From contig OY729427.2 in the NCBI GenBank assembly GCA_963422375.2, forward strand, positions 1,312,001-1,376,000: a stretch of DNA of 64,000 nt. Reading direction: 5' to 3'. Positions 49,917 through 60,353 of this stretch are shown here, in pieces. A program made the translations under genes and the position numbers. The DNA comes from Bryobacterales bacterium (GTDB lineage: Bacteria > Acidobacteriota > Terriglobia > Bryobacterales > UBA6623). The notes under the pieces were generated by a model. That model ran no database searches and was not told where the DNA came from. It was given only the letters and a program-made list of their open reading frames with translations. The number at the start of each line of letters is the position of its first letter. The first letter of the stretch is position 1.

Positions 49917-51602
49917 CTAGTCCGGCAGGGCGCTGCCCGTGCCTTCGCGGAGCGTCGCTACCTCGCCCGTTCCAAGCGCGGGGAATCTCTCTCTCCGCCC
50001 GCCCGGCCACCAGACCTCCGCTGACCGGACCGGCGGCGCCCCGTTCAGTCCGAAGTGGACCGCCGCCTCGCTCGCGCTCAGGTAGCTGCCGTCGGCGTGC
50101 AGCCGACGCCACAGCGTACCCCCGTCCTCCAAGCGCAGGCCGACCTTCGCGCCGAGACCGTCCGGGTTGCCGCCCTTGGCGGCCAGCTTGACCCGCACCC
50201 AGGCGTTCCCGCCCGTCTGGTTCAGGTACAGTCGCGCGGGGCCGTTGTTGTTGGAAACCACCACGTCGAGATCCCCGTCCGAGTCCACGTCCCCCGTGGC
50301 AACGCCCCGGCTCACCGCCGGGGCAACGGTGCCCCACGCCCCCGTCCCGGGCAGCACCTGAAAGCCGCTTTCGGTGCCCCGGAAGTACTGGTTGTCCTGC
50401 AGGAAGGGATAGGGCTGCCCGCGCAGGGTCTCCATGACCGTGACGGCCCCGTTGGCGATGAACACGTCCAGACGCCCGTCATGGTCGAAATCGGCCCACG
50501 AAAGCCCGAATCCCGTGTTCGGCAGGCTGTGGCTCGCCAAGCCGAACCGGTTGGTCGCGTCCCGGAACAGGCCGCGACCGTCGTTCAGGTAGAGCGTGTT
50601 CGTTTCGAGCGTGTTGTGCGTCAGCAGCAGGTCGTGGTCGCCGTCCCGGTCGAAGTCCGCGGCGATGACGCCCATGCCGGCCTCGACCCGTCCGTCAGCG
50701 TTCACCGCCGCGCCCGACAGCATCGCGGCGTTCTCGAACCGACCGTCGCCCTGGTTCACCCAAAGCTGGTTCTCCGTGCCGTCGTTGGCCACGTACAGGT
50801 CCGGCAGGCGGTCGCCGTTCAAGTCCGCCGCGACAGCGCCGAGGCCGTTCCCGAACGCAGATCCGAGCCCAGCCTCGGTCGACACGTCACTGAAGCGCCC
50901 GCCGTCGTTGCGGAACAGCCTGTCGGGCACCGGGTTGTAGACGGTCGGATTGCAGTAGTCGCGCGCGCCGACCGGGGAGAAGCACCGCTTGTTGTTGCGC
51001 AGCGTGAAGTCCACGTAATTGGTGAAGAACAGGTCGAGATCCCGGTCTAGGTCGTAGTCGAAGAAGGTCGCGGACGTGCTCCATCTAGGGTCCTGGGGGC
51101 CCTCGACAGCCCTGAATGTGCCGTCCCCGTCATTCCGGAACAGGGCGTTGGGCCCCAAAGCGGTGACGTAGATGTCCGGGTCGCCGTCGGCGTCGTAGTC
51201 GCCCACGGCAGCGCCCATGCCATACCCCTCGAATCGCAGGCCCGCCCTCGCCGTCGCGTCGACGAATGACAGCGCTCCGGCCGGGACGAGCCGGTTCTCG
51301 AACAGGCGGCTGCCCTGGCCGCGGACCGCGCCCTCTTCGAGCGGCGCGCCTTGCAGCAGGAAAACGTCGAGGTCGCCGTCCATGTCGAAATCGGCCAAGG
51401 CCACTCCGGAGCCCATGATCTCGGGCAAGCGGTACTCGTCGCTGGCATCGGCGACGTGACGGAAGACCAAGCCGGTTTCGGCCGCGACCTCGCGGAAGAG
51501 CGCCGGGGCGCCCGGCCGGTCCGCGCCCGGCGGAGCGCCGCATCCAAGCAGCACCGGCAGCAGGCAGGGAAGGACGCTCCGCACCAACGTTGAGTGTGGC
51601 AC
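49917..51602 (-). CDS. CRTAC1-family FG-GAP/VCBS repeat protein with ASPIC/UnbV C-terminus
   Basis: Repeated DxDxDGDxD motifs, GSYLSASE..VHFGL; lipobox LLGC; start approximate. Confidence 0.9.
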   Translation of the reverse strand: MPHSTLVRSVLPCLLPVLLGCGAPPGADRPGAPALFREVAAETGLVFRHVADASDEYRLPEIMGSGVALADFDMDGDLDVFLLQGAPLEEGAVRGQGSRLFENRLVPAGALSFVDATARAGLRFEGYGMGAAVGDYDADGDPDIYVTALGPNALFRNDGDGTFRAVEGPQDPRWSTSATFFDYDLDRDLDLFFTNYVDFTLRNNKRCFSPVGARDYCNPTVYNPVPDRLFRNDGGRFSDVSTEAGLGSAFGNGLGAVAADLNGDRLPDLYVANDGTENQLWVNQGDGRFENAAMLSGAAVNADGRVEAGMGVIAADFDRDGDHDLLLTHNTLETNTLYLNDGRGLFRDATNRFGLASHSLPNTGFGLSWADFDHDGRLDVFIANGAVTVMETLRGQPYPFLQDNQYFRGTESGFQVLPGTGAWGTVAPAVSRGVATGDVDSDGDLDVVVSNNNGPARLYLNQTGGNAWVRVKLAAKGGNPDGLGAKVGLRLEDGGTLWRRLHADGSYLSASEAAVHFGLNGAPPVRSAEVWWPGGRRERFPALGTGEVATLREGTGSALPD

Positions 51603-51812
51603 GTGGCGAGGCCGGCCCACACGGCAGCGCGCCCGCCATGGCGCGCTCGCCGAGCGCGTCGCGAATCGCTGCTGGCTCGGGCGATTCCCGGCAGCATTCC
51701 GGCCAGCGCCGAGGCTGGAAGCTGCTGCGGGCGAGCTCAGCTCCCGCGCGACCCGGAAGGTCGCATCCGGGATTCGCTGGCCAGCGCAAGCCGAGTATGC
51801 TTGGAATGACTC

Positions 51813-52661
51813 TTGACGCGTTCTGCAGCAGGCCCGAAGCGCCCCCGGCCCGCCGGTCGAATTCTCGCGCTGGCGGCGTGCCTCGCCGTCACGCCCCTCG
51901 CGGCCCAGGAGGCGACGCTGATCGTCACCGTCGTCGACGAGCGCACGGGAGAGACCCAGACCGGGCTGGGCCCGGAACGCTTCGCGGTCACCGACGGCGA
52001 CGTTCGGCTGCGGGTGGTGTCCGCGACCCCGTTGCGCGCGCCGGTCGACGTACTGCTGCTGGTCGACACGAGCATAGTCGGGGAGATGGCTCGCCCGCTG
52101 GCCGAGGCTCTGATCGAGGAGCTGGGCGAGGGCGAGGCCATGGCCCTCGTGGGCTACCACGAAGCGGCCGAGCTGCTGCAGGACTTCACCTTCGACAGGC
52201 AGTCCCTGCGCGAGGCGCTGGACCGCACCGATTACGGAAACGTCCCACGACTGCATGACGCGCTGTTCGCCTCGATCGACGGGGGCTTCGACGCGAGCGC
52301 CAGCCGCAAGGCGGTCGTCCTGGCCTCGTCGGGAACGGCAGCGCGCGGGCGCGTGTCGGAAGCGCAAGTCATCGACGCGGCGAGGGCGAGGGGGGTCTCC
52401 GTATTCCCGGCCTTCCAGAGGAACGACGCGCGCGCCATGCTCAGGCGAATCGCGCTGCAGACGGGAGGAGCGGCCTTCGCCGCCCGCCGACTCAAGCTGG
52501 AGCCGCGGTCGCTGGCGAAACGAATCCTCGAAGCGGTTCGCAGCCCCTACGAGCTGGCCGTGACCGGCGTCTTCACCTTGGGCGACCGCATCAAGGCAAC
52601 CGCCGATGTCGGCGAGCGATCCAAGACGCGCCTTTCGGCATCGGTCCTGCCCGTCGACTGA
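51813..52661 (+). CDS. VWA domain-containing protein
   Basis: VTVVDERTG..GL...F.V.D, DVLLLVDTS, LLQDFT, LHDAL..RKAVVL. Confidence 0.8.
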   Translation: MTRSAAGPKRPRPAGRILALAACLAVTPLAAQEATLIVTVVDERTGETQTGLGPERFAVTDGDVRLRVVSATPLRAPVDVLLLVDTSIVGEMARPLAEALIEELGEGEAMALVGYHEAAELLQDFTFDRQSLREALDRTDYGNVPRLHDALFASIDGGFDASASRKAVVLASSGTAARGRVSEAQVIDAARARGVSVFPAFQRNDARAMLRRIALQTGGAAFAARRLKLEPRSLAKRILEAVRSPYELAVTGVFTLGDRIKATADVGERSKTRLSASVLPVD

Positions 52662-52680
52662 CCGGCAGCGACCGCGACGG

Positions 52681-53574
52681 CTACGTTCCCCGCGGGCCGT
52701 CCTTCGGGGTCGCCAGATAGCCCTCGATTACGTTGTTGTCGATCTTGTTCACAACGATCTCGAAGGGAGTCCGCGCCCCCTGCACGTAGAACTGCACGGG
52801 CTCGAGCAGCGTCTTGCGCCGCTTCACGATGCGCTTGTCGTCCGCCCAGAGCTCGATGGAATACCGGTTCCGCCTGCGGTCGGTGCCGCTGAGCTTGATG
52901 CTGACAGGGCCCACGCGCTGAGGCTTCTTGGTCTTGCCGAGATTGAACTCGTAGTAGTTCCGCTCGCCGAGCCGCTTGAGCGCGGCCAGCTCATCGCCGT
53001 TGGTCGCGATCAGCCCGCTCTGCACCCCTAGGTCACCCTTCACGCTGGTGAGTTCCACGATGGTCTTTTCCAGCTCCTCGCGCGTGTCCTCGAGTTCTTG
53101 GTTGACCGTGTCCACGCGCCCGCCCAAGGCGGTCACCTCGGTCTTGGTGGACTCCTGGAAGTCCGCCAGCTGGCCGCCGACCTCCGACAGCTTGGCCTCG
53201 CTCGTCTCGCGGGTCGCCTCGAGCTCCTCCTGCAGCGACTCGGTCCGGCTCCGCACCCTCGACTCGACCTCGCGCGCGCGGACGTCGATCTGCTCCTCGG
53301 CGGACTCCACCATCTCCTTGACGGCGCCGACTTGCGTGGCTAGCTCGGTGCTGGTCCGCGCCACGTTGCCGTCCAGCTTCGAGAGGCGCTCGTCCTGCGT
53401 GTCAAGGCGCCCGGCGGTCTCGGCGCGGAAGTCCTTGAGCTGGAGCAGAGTGTACACGTGGGCTCCGGCCAGCAGCGCGATCGCTACCAATAGGATGATC
53501 GAAACGGGCGTCACGCCGCTCTCGCCCGCGCTGCGGGGGAGGCGTGAAGCGGCTGAGTCGGGTCGGTCTGTCAT
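52681..53574 (-). CDS. Membrane-anchored coiled-coil hypothetical protein
   Basis: TM, long heptads, C-terminal GERNYYEFNL..EPVQFY..GYLATPK. Confidence 0.75.
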   Translation of the reverse strand: MTDRPDSAASRLPRSAGESGVTPVSIILLVAIALLAGAHVYTLLQLKDFRAETAGRLDTQDERLSKLDGNVARTSTELATQVGAVKEMVESAEEQIDVRAREVESRVRSRTESLQEELEATRETSEAKLSEVGGQLADFQESTKTEVTALGGRVDTVNQELEDTREELEKTIVELTSVKGDLGVQSGLIATNGDELAALKRLGERNYYEFNLGKTKKPQRVGPVSIKLSGTDRRRNRYSIELWADDKRIVKRRKTLLEPVQFYVQGARTPFEIVVNKIDNNVIEGYLATPKDGPRGT

Positions 53575-53760
53575 AGCGTTCCAGTCTTCTGGCTCGGACT
53601 TGCGCTCTTCGGTTATTCTACTACCTGCGAGCGGGGCAGGCGAGTGCCGTATGCTCGGACGCGCCAGCGCACCGCGGCCGTTACACCAGATCGCCGCTCC
53701 CGACGACATTTCCAGGCGCGCGCGGTACGCACGTACCGCCAACTTCGAGAGGCAGTGCCA

Positions 53761-54438
53761 GTGAGAGCTACCATTTTCATCGCGGCCGCGACCCTGCTCG
53801 CGGCTATTCCGTCGCAGGCCTCCGCCGGCGACTGGACCGACCTGTTCGACGGCAAGACACTGAACGGCTGGGTCCAGCGCAACGGGTTCGCGACCTACCG
53901 CGTCGAGGACGGCGCGATCGTGGGGCGCACCTCCGCCGGCAGCCCCAACTCCTTCCTCTGCACGACCACTCACTTCGGCGACTTCGAGCTGGAGTTCGAG
54001 GTCAGGGTCGACGACCGGCTCAATTCCGGCGTTATGATCCGATCCTCCCAGAAGACGGCGGCCACAGGCGCGGGGCGCAACAACGCCATCGGGAGAGTCT
54101 ACGGCCCCCAGGTCGAGATCGAGGCGAGCGGAGAGAGCGGCGCCGAGTCCGGCTACGTGTACGGCGAGGCCACCGGGCGCGGCTGGCTGACCCCCCAGGA
54201 CAGGCTCGTGCCGCACAAGACGATGCGCGACGGCGAGTGGAACAGCGTCCGCGTCGTGGCGCAAGGCCCCCGCATCCAGACGTGGATCAACGGCCAGGCC
54301 GTCGAGGATCTCACCGACGAGAAAGCCTACGAGACGCACAAGGGTGGCTTCATCGGCCTGCAGGTGCATGGCATCCGCGCAGGCACGGGCCCGTTCGAGG
54401 TCGCGTGGCGGAAGATCCGGATCCGCCCGCTGAACTAG
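53761..54438 (+). CDS. DUF1080 / 3-keto-disaccharide hydrolase family
   Basis: LFDGKTLNGW, FGDFELEFE, NSGV, WN, GFIGLQVH. Confidence 0.88.
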   Translation: MRATIFIAAATLLAAIPSQASAGDWTDLFDGKTLNGWVQRNGFATYRVEDGAIVGRTSAGSPNSFLCTTTHFGDFELEFEVRVDDRLNSGVMIRSSQKTAATGAGRNNAIGRVYGPQVEIEASGESGAESGYVYGEATGRGWLTPQDRLVPHKTMRDGEWNSVRVVAQGPRIQTWINGQAVEDLTDEKAYETHKGGFIGLQVHGIRAGTGPFEVAWRKIRIRPLN

Positions 54439-54470
54439 CCCGCGCGGCGCGTGCGGGCGCGCACGGTCCG

Positions 54471-55628
54471 ATGCAGGCACGCGAAGTCGGTCGGAGCTTC
54501 CTGCGGCACTTGGCGCGCGTCAAGGCGGCCACGCGCTTCGGACGGCGTATCACGCCGCCGTTCGTGACGCTGTACGTCACGACCCGCTGCGACGAGAAGT
54601 GCATCCACTGCTTCTACTGGGACGAGCTCAATCCGCGGCCGAACCGCGACTTCTCGCTCCGCGAGTTCGACCGCACCCTGGCGTCGATGGGCGAGATCTT
54701 CAACCTCTTCATCGGCGGGGGCGAGCCGTTCCTGCGGGCCGACCTGGCCGACATCGTGCTGGCCGCCCGGCGGAGAACCCGCGTCGCGAACGTCTACGTC
54801 CCCACGAACGGCCAGCACGCGGCCCGGGTGGTCTCGACGCTCGCGCGAGTGCTCCCGCAAGAGCCCGCCCTGCGGTTCCACCTGAACCTCAGCGTCGACC
54901 ACGTGGACGAGGAGGCGCACGATCGCATTCGCGGCCGGGCGGGTGCCTTCCGGCGGCTGCTCGCGACCGCCGCGGCGGTCGCGCCCTTGCGGCGCGAGCA
55001 CCCGAACCTGATCCTTCACACGCTGACGACCGTCATGCGCGACAACCAAGCCGACATTCTGCGGATCCACGACGAGCTGCTCCGCCTGTTCGAACCGGAC
55101 GGCACGTCCTACAACTACTGCCGCGGGAACCCGCTCGACCCGGCGCAGACCGAGGTGGACGCCGCGATCTACCGGCAGCTCGCGGAGCGCGTGCGGGCCG
55201 ACCGGCAGTCCGGGCGCATCCGGCGCAGCGCGTTCGGCGGGTCGAACCACGCTCTCGACGAGCAAGTGCGCCGGAGCGTCGAGCGCACCGTGACACGGCA
55301 GCAGGCGCAGTTCTCGTGCGTCTCCGGCAGGCTGGCCTGCGTGATCTACAGCAACGGCGACGTCACCGAGTGCGAAACCAAGAACTCGCGCATCGGAAAC
55401 CTGCGGGAGGCGGGGTACGACTTCCCTTCGATCTGGTTCGGCGACCGGGCCCGGGCGGTCGCGGCAGAGGCCGCGGACGGCTGCTTCTGCACGCACGAGT
55501 GCGGCCACTACGCCTCGACCATCTACAGCCCGGCGCTGGTCGCGAGAGTCGCCGCGCGATCGGCCATCGCGAAATTTGCGCCGACCCGCCGGGCCGGAGG
55601 GGGCGACCGGCCGCGCGAGGACTCCTGA
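54471..55628 (+). CDS. Radical SAM protein with SPASM/Twitch-type C-terminus
   Basis: CDEKCIHC, GGGEPF, CVSG..GDVTECE..IGNL..CFCTHEC. Confidence 0.88.
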   Translation: MQAREVGRSFLRHLARVKAATRFGRRITPPFVTLYVTTRCDEKCIHCFYWDELNPRPNRDFSLREFDRTLASMGEIFNLFIGGGEPFLRADLADIVLAARRRTRVANVYVPTNGQHAARVVSTLARVLPQEPALRFHLNLSVDHVDEEAHDRIRGRAGAFRRLLATAAAVAPLRREHPNLILHTLTTVMRDNQADILRIHDELLRLFEPDGTSYNYCRGNPLDPAQTEVDAAIYRQLAERVRADRQSGRIRRSAFGGSNHALDEQVRRSVERTVTRQQAQFSCVSGRLACVIYSNGDVTECETKNSRIGNLREAGYDFPSIWFGDRARAVAAEAADGCFCTHECGHYASTIYSPALVARVAARSAIAKFAPTRRAGGGDRPREDS

Positions 55629-55878
55629 GCGCATCGGGGCTTGCCGGGCCTGTCTCCGGCGAGACGGACTCCTCCGGGGAACGCCTTGCCGTCAGCGCGC
55701 TCCGGCCGCCGGGCCAATTCCGCGTTGACTCGCGGTTCCGCCTGTTATACGATGCTAGGAGGCGCTGGCGCTCCTCGCTTGCCATGTCGACCGCCCGGTT
55801 CACTCCCTGCCGCTGTACCGGGCCGGCCTAGGTCCGGCCCTTCCCCCGTTCCAGTCGCAGTCCCAGCCGGAGGTCGAG

Positions 55879-56562
55879 GTGTTCCTCGGGATTCGAGAGC
55901 AGATACAGACCGTCTTCAAGCACGACCCCGCTGCCAAGAGCGCCTTGGAGGTCGTGCTGTGCTACCCGGGCGTCCACGCGATCTTCGCGCATCGCGTGGC
56001 CCATCGCCTGTATCGGGCGCGCCGGTTCGTCCTAGCGCGCCTGCTGTCGCACCTGGCGCGCATGCTGACGGGCATCGAGATCCATCCGGGAGCCACCATC
56101 GGACGGCGGTTCTTCATCGACCACGGCATGGGCGTGGTGATCGGCGAGACCGCTCTGATCGGGGACGACGTCCTGCTCTACCAAGGCGTCACCCTCGGAG
56201 GAACCGGCCACGGCATGGGGCGGCGCCACCCGACCCTCGGCGATCACGTCGTCGTCGGCTCGGGCGCCAAGGTGCTGGGCGACATCCGGCTGGGCGAGTG
56301 GGTCAAGGTCGGCGCCGGATCGGTCGTGGTCAAGAGCGTACCGGCGCATGCCACGGTGGTCGGGATCCCGGGCCGCGTCGTCGCCCTCCGAGGCGTCGCC
56401 GTCAACCGGGACGAATGGCAAATGCTCAACCACGGCGAACTGCCCGATCCCGTCGGCCAAACGCTGGCCGACCTGCACGAACGCCTGTCGCTGGTCGAGG
56501 CCGACATCGGCATCCAACGGGCCCCGGGACCGGGCCTGGAGGCGATCGTCCCTAGCGGCTGA
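55879..56562 (+). CDS. cysE: Serine O-acetyltransferase
   Basis: [41 protein letters not shown]. Confidence 0.95.
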   Translation: MFLGIREQIQTVFKHDPAAKSALEVVLCYPGVHAIFAHRVAHRLYRARRFVLARLLSHLARMLTGIEIHPGATIGRRFFIDHGMGVVIGETALIGDDVLLYQGVTLGGTGHGMGRRHPTLGDHVVVGSGAKVLGDIRLGEWVKVGAGSVVVKSVPAHATVVGIPGRVVALRGVAVNRDEWQMLNHGELPDPVGQTLADLHERLSLVEADIGIQRAPGPGLEAIVPSG

Positions 56563-56563
56563 C

Positions 56564-56604
56564 CCGCGTGAGTCGCGGGCGCAGCAGGCCCGCGACTCAC
56601 GCGG
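56564..56604. terminator. 17-bp perfect hairpin between convergent genes
   Basis: CCGCGTGAGTCGCGGGC-GCAGCAG-GCCCGCGACTCACGCGG. Confidence 0.7.
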
Positions 56605-56797
56605 TCGTCGTCGATTCCTCCTCGACCGGAGGCAGGCCCAGGTCCGTCGGATCCATGGCTTCGATGGGAGGCCCGGCACCGTCCGACGAGCGCATGGCCT
56701 TCCGCTGCTGCTTCTTCTCCTCCTTGTCGCGCCGCTTGTTGGCGCGCGCGAGCTCCTTGAGGCGCTTCTGGAATCTAGTGTTTGATCGACTGGCCAA
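56597..56797 (-). CDS. Small basic protein (66 aa)
   Basis: GGGAGG RBS, TTG start, FQKRLKELARANKRRDKEEKKQQRK, acidic tail. Confidence 0.7.
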   Translation of the reverse strand: MASRSNTRFQKRLKELARANKRRDKEEKKQQRKAMRSSDGAGPPIEAMDPTDLGLPPVEEESTTTA

Positions 56798-56947
56798 GGC
56801 CTTGCCCTCCCGGCGTTGGAACGCGACTCGGCACCCAATGCGGAACGCGACCGCCGCTGTCCGACCGAGCCGAGCCCATATTATTACAGACCGTCACATT
56901 CCTGCCGCCCGGCCCAGGCGGGAGCCGGGGACGCAGCCGACGGTCGG

Positions 56948-57085
56948 CTAGTCGCGACGGGAGCGGCGGGAGCGGCGCTTGGCCCGGATCTCCTTCAGTT
57001 TCGATTTCTTGCGCTTGGGCTTGCTGATGCGGAAGGTTCCGCTGCCCAGGTACTCTGCGGAGTAGGTGCCGTGCTTGCCAGCCAT
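56948..57085 (-). CDS. Small highly basic protein (45 aa), not in ORF track
   Basis: MAGKHGTYSAEYLGSGTFRISKPKRKKSKLKEIRAKRRSRRSRRD; GGAG upstream; GC3-rich codons. Confidence 0.6.
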   Translation of the reverse strand: MAGKHGTYSAEYLGSGTFRISKPKRKKSKLKEIRAKRRSRRSRRD

Positions 57086-57161
57086 GTGTCGGGCCTACTC
57101 TCCAGCATAGCGCAAGCACCCCGCCGCAGGTCCCGACCTATACTGGAGCTTTCCGTCCCTC

Positions 57162-58616
57162 ATGGCCTTCCCCCGCGTGGCGCGCATGCGCACGGTCGAC
57201 GCCTTCCGCGCGCGCTGCGCGGAGCTGGGCCTCGCGATCCAAGCCGAGGACGGGGTCGAGACCGCGCCGCGCTCCCCGCTCGCCCGCAGCGCCAACGTCG
57301 CGGGGAAGACCCTCGGCAACCGCTTCGCCATCCATCCCATGGAGGGCTGGGACGGGGAATCCGACGGCAGCCCGAGCGAGCTCGTGCGCCGGCGCTGGCG
57401 CAACTTCGGCCTCAGCGGCGCCAAGTGCCTCTGGGGCGGGGAGGCCATGGCGGTCACGCCCGAGAGCCGCGCCAACCCGCGGCAGCTCGTGATCCAGCGC
57501 TCGACCGAGGACGGCCTGAAGTCCCTGCACGCCGAGCTGCTCGCGACGCACCGCAAGGAGTTCGGCACCACCGACGACCTGCTGACGGGCTTCCAGCTCA
57601 CTCATTCGGGGCGCTTCTCGCGACCGGACGAGTCCGGCCCCAAGCCGCTGATCCTCTACCACCACCCGTTCCTCGACCGGAAGTTCGGCCTGCCGTCGGA
57701 CCACCCGGTCCTGGGCGACGACGAGATCCGCCGGATCATCGACCGGTTCGTCGGGGCCGCCGTCATCGCCGAGCGCTGCGGGGCCGGCTTCGTCGACGTC
57801 AAGCACTGCCACGGCTACCTAGGCCACGAGTTCCTCGGCGCCGTCACGCGGCCCGGGCCCTTCGGCGGGGCGTTCGAGAACCGCACCCGCTTCCTGCGCG
57901 AGACGGTGGCGGGCATTCGCGCGACGACGTCACGCCTGCAGGTCGGCGTCCGGCTCAGCGCCTTCGATTTCGTGCCCTTCCGCCCGGATCCCAGCCGCAG
58001 CGAGGGCAAGCGCCTCGGGCCGGGGATTCCCGAGGACTTCGCGACGTCCCTGCCCTACCGCCACGCCTTCGGAGGCCAAGCCGCAAACCCGGTGGAATAC
58101 GACCTCTCGGACACGTGCAGGTTCCTCGACCTCCTGCAGGAACTGGACATCCGGTTGCTCAACGTCACGGCGGGGAGCCCCTACTACAATCCGCACATCC
58201 AGCGCCCGGCGCTGTTCCCCCCGTCCGACGGCTACCAGCCCCCGGAAGACCCGCTGGTCGGATGCGCGCGCCAGATCGCGGCTACGGCCGAACTCAAGTC
58301 CCGCTACCCGGGCCTGTTCATGATCGGGACGGGCTACAGCTACCTGCAAGAGTTCCTCCCGCATGTCGGCCAGTGGGCCGTGCGCTCTGGCCGCGCCGAC
58401 GCGGTCGGGCTGGGAAGGATGGTGCTGGCCTATCCGACGCTCCCGCGCGACGCCTTGGCGCGCGGCGCACTCGATTCCAAGCGGATCTGCCGCACCTTCA
58501 GCGACTGCACCACCGGGCCGCGCCACGGCTTGGTGTCGGGCTGCTACCCGCTGGACCCGGCCTACAAGCGCCTGCCCGAAGCCGCCATAGTGCGCAAGAT
58601 CAAGGCCTCGCTCTGA
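57162..58616 (+). CDS. NADH:flavin oxidoreductase (Old Yellow Enzyme family)
   Basis: NRFAIHPMEGWD, QLTHSGR, VDVKHCHGYL, GGAFENRTRF, GLGR, CRTFSDC. Confidence 0.9.
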   Translation: MAFPRVARMRTVDAFRARCAELGLAIQAEDGVETAPRSPLARSANVAGKTLGNRFAIHPMEGWDGESDGSPSELVRRRWRNFGLSGAKCLWGGEAMAVTPESRANPRQLVIQRSTEDGLKSLHAELLATHRKEFGTTDDLLTGFQLTHSGRFSRPDESGPKPLILYHHPFLDRKFGLPSDHPVLGDDEIRRIIDRFVGAAVIAERCGAGFVDVKHCHGYLGHEFLGAVTRPGPFGGAFENRTRFLRETVAGIRATTSRLQVGVRLSAFDFVPFRPDPSRSEGKRLGPGIPEDFATSLPYRHAFGGQAANPVEYDLSDTCRFLDLLQELDIRLLNVTAGSPYYNPHIQRPALFPPSDGYQPPEDPLVGCARQIAATAELKSRYPGLFMIGTGYSYLQEFLPHVGQWAVRSGRADAVGLGRMVLAYPTLPRDALARGALDSKRICRTFSDCTTGPRHGLVSGCYPLDPAYKRLPEAAIVRKIKASL

Positions 58617-58634
58617 TCCGGGCCGCCCTGACGG

Positions 58635-60239
58635 TCAGGATCCCAAGCGGTCGAAGGGCACCCAGCCGACCTTGGCGCCCCACTCCAGCCAAGCGCCCTC
58701 CATCTCGGCTACGCGCCCCGGCATCTCGCCGGCGAGGTCGCGCAGCTCGCTGCGGTCGGCCTCGATGTCGTAGAGCTCCCACTGCCCGGCGGCGCGCGTG
58801 GCGCGGTCCCGTCGCGCGACGAGCTTCCAGCGGCCCATGCGCACGGCGCGATTCCCCTGGTGCTCCCAGAAAAGGGCGTCGTGCCCCTCGCGGCGGCCGG
58901 TCTCGAAGACCGGCCGCAGGCTCCTGCCCTCGAGGGGGACGATGGCCTTGCCGCCGCGCTCGCGCGGGTACTCGGCGCCGGCCAAGTCGATGCAGGTGGC
59001 GAGCAGGTCGATGACGTGCCCGGGCGCGTCGGTGACCGACCCGGCGGGCACCTTGATGCCGGCCGGCCAGTGGCACACCAACGGGGAGGAGATGCCGCCC
59101 TCGTGCAGCCAGCTCTTGAACATGCGGAAGGGGGTGTTGCTGGCGTTGGCCCAGGGGCGGTCGTAGCCGTCGAACGAATCCGGCCCCCCCGGCATGGCGT
59201 CCGGGTCGCCCCAGGTGTTGCGAGGCGTGCCCTGCTCGATGTCGGCGCTCTCGTGGCAGCCGCCGTTGTCGGAGAGAAACAGGATCAGGGTGTTGTCGAG
59301 CTTGCCTAGGTCGCGAATCGCGCGGACCACCTGTCCGACTCCCTGGTCCAAGCAGTCGACCATGGCAGCGTAGACCTTCATGCGCTGCTCCCATCGCGGC
59401 TTGTCCCCCGAGTCCTCCCAGGCGGGCACGTCGGGGTCGCGCTCGCTCAGCTGCCAGCTGTCCGCGCGGATGCCGGTCTCCGCCTGGCGGGCGAAGCGCT
59501 GCCGCCGCAGATCGTCCCAGCCCATGCCGTACCGGCCCGCGTACTTCGCGATGTCGTCGGGCTTGGCGTGGAGTGGCCAGTGCGGCGCGGTGTAGGCGAG
59601 ATAGAGGAAGAAGGGTGTGTCGCCGGGCCCGTGCCGCTCGAGGAAGCTCACGGCGCTGTCGCTAAAGGCGTCCGTCATGTAGAACGACCCGTCCTCGGGC
59701 GGCGTCCAGGGATCGTTGCCCGCGGCCATCTGCCGTGCGCCGTCTAGCTTGAAGTAGTTCGAGCCGCCGCTGATCAGGCCGAAGTACTCGTCGAACCCGC
59801 GGTCCGCGGGCCAGTGCGGCCTCGACTCGCCGACGTGCCACTTCCCCGACATGAGCGTCGCGTAGCCCGCTTCCCCGAGGACTTCCGCGATGGTGACGCA
59901 GCGGTCGTTGAGGTAGCCCTGGTAGGCCGGGCTGCCGCGGTCACCGATCATATGCCCCACGCCGGCCTGGTGCGAGTAGAGTCCCGTCAGCAGGGAGGCC
60001 CGCGTCGGGCAGCAGCGCCCGGCGTTGTAGAACTGGCGGAAGCGCAGCCCGCCGGCGGCCAGCGCGTCCAGATTGGGCGTCGCGATCTCCCCGCCGTAGC
60101 TTCCGATGTCCGAGAAGCCCATGTCGTCGGCCATGATGATGACGATGTTGGGCCGGTCGGGACCGTCGGTCCGGGGCCCCGCGCCACAGCCCGCCAGGGC
60201 CGCTCCGCCGAGGGCGTGCAGGAAGGTCCGCCGATCCAT
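58635..60239 (-). CDS. Arylsulfatase (Tat lipoprotein)
   Basis: RRTFL..LAGC, RPNIVIIMADDMG, CCPTRASLLTG, GKWHVG. Confidence 0.93.
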   Translation of the reverse strand: MDRRTFLHALGGAALAGCGAGPRTDGPDRPNIVIIMADDMGFSDIGSYGGEIATPNLDALAAGGLRFRQFYNAGRCCPTRASLLTGLYSHQAGVGHMIGDRGSPAYQGYLNDRCVTIAEVLGEAGYATLMSGKWHVGESRPHWPADRGFDEYFGLISGGSNYFKLDGARQMAAGNDPWTPPEDGSFYMTDAFSDSAVSFLERHGPGDTPFFLYLAYTAPHWPLHAKPDDIAKYAGRYGMGWDDLRRQRFARQAETGIRADSWQLSERDPDVPAWEDSGDKPRWEQRMKVYAAMVDCLDQGVGQVVRAIRDLGKLDNTLILFLSDNGGCHESADIEQGTPRNTWGDPDAMPGGPDSFDGYDRPWANASNTPFRMFKSWLHEGGISSPLVCHWPAGIKVPAGSVTDAPGHVIDLLATCIDLAGAEYPRERGGKAIVPLEGRSLRPVFETGRREGHDALFWEHQGNRAVRMGRWKLVARRDRATRAAGQWELYDIEADRSELRDLAGEMPGRVAEMEGAWLEWGAKVGWVPFDRLGS

Positions 60240-60353
60240 CGCTTGCTGCGTCACGCAATCGAGTATGCCGGAAGGCCCGCTCGCCGGGCAAGGGCCGCGC
60301 CGCTCGCTCCGGGCCGCGGCTCGAAAGCCCCCTGGCCGATATAATTGGGGCCG

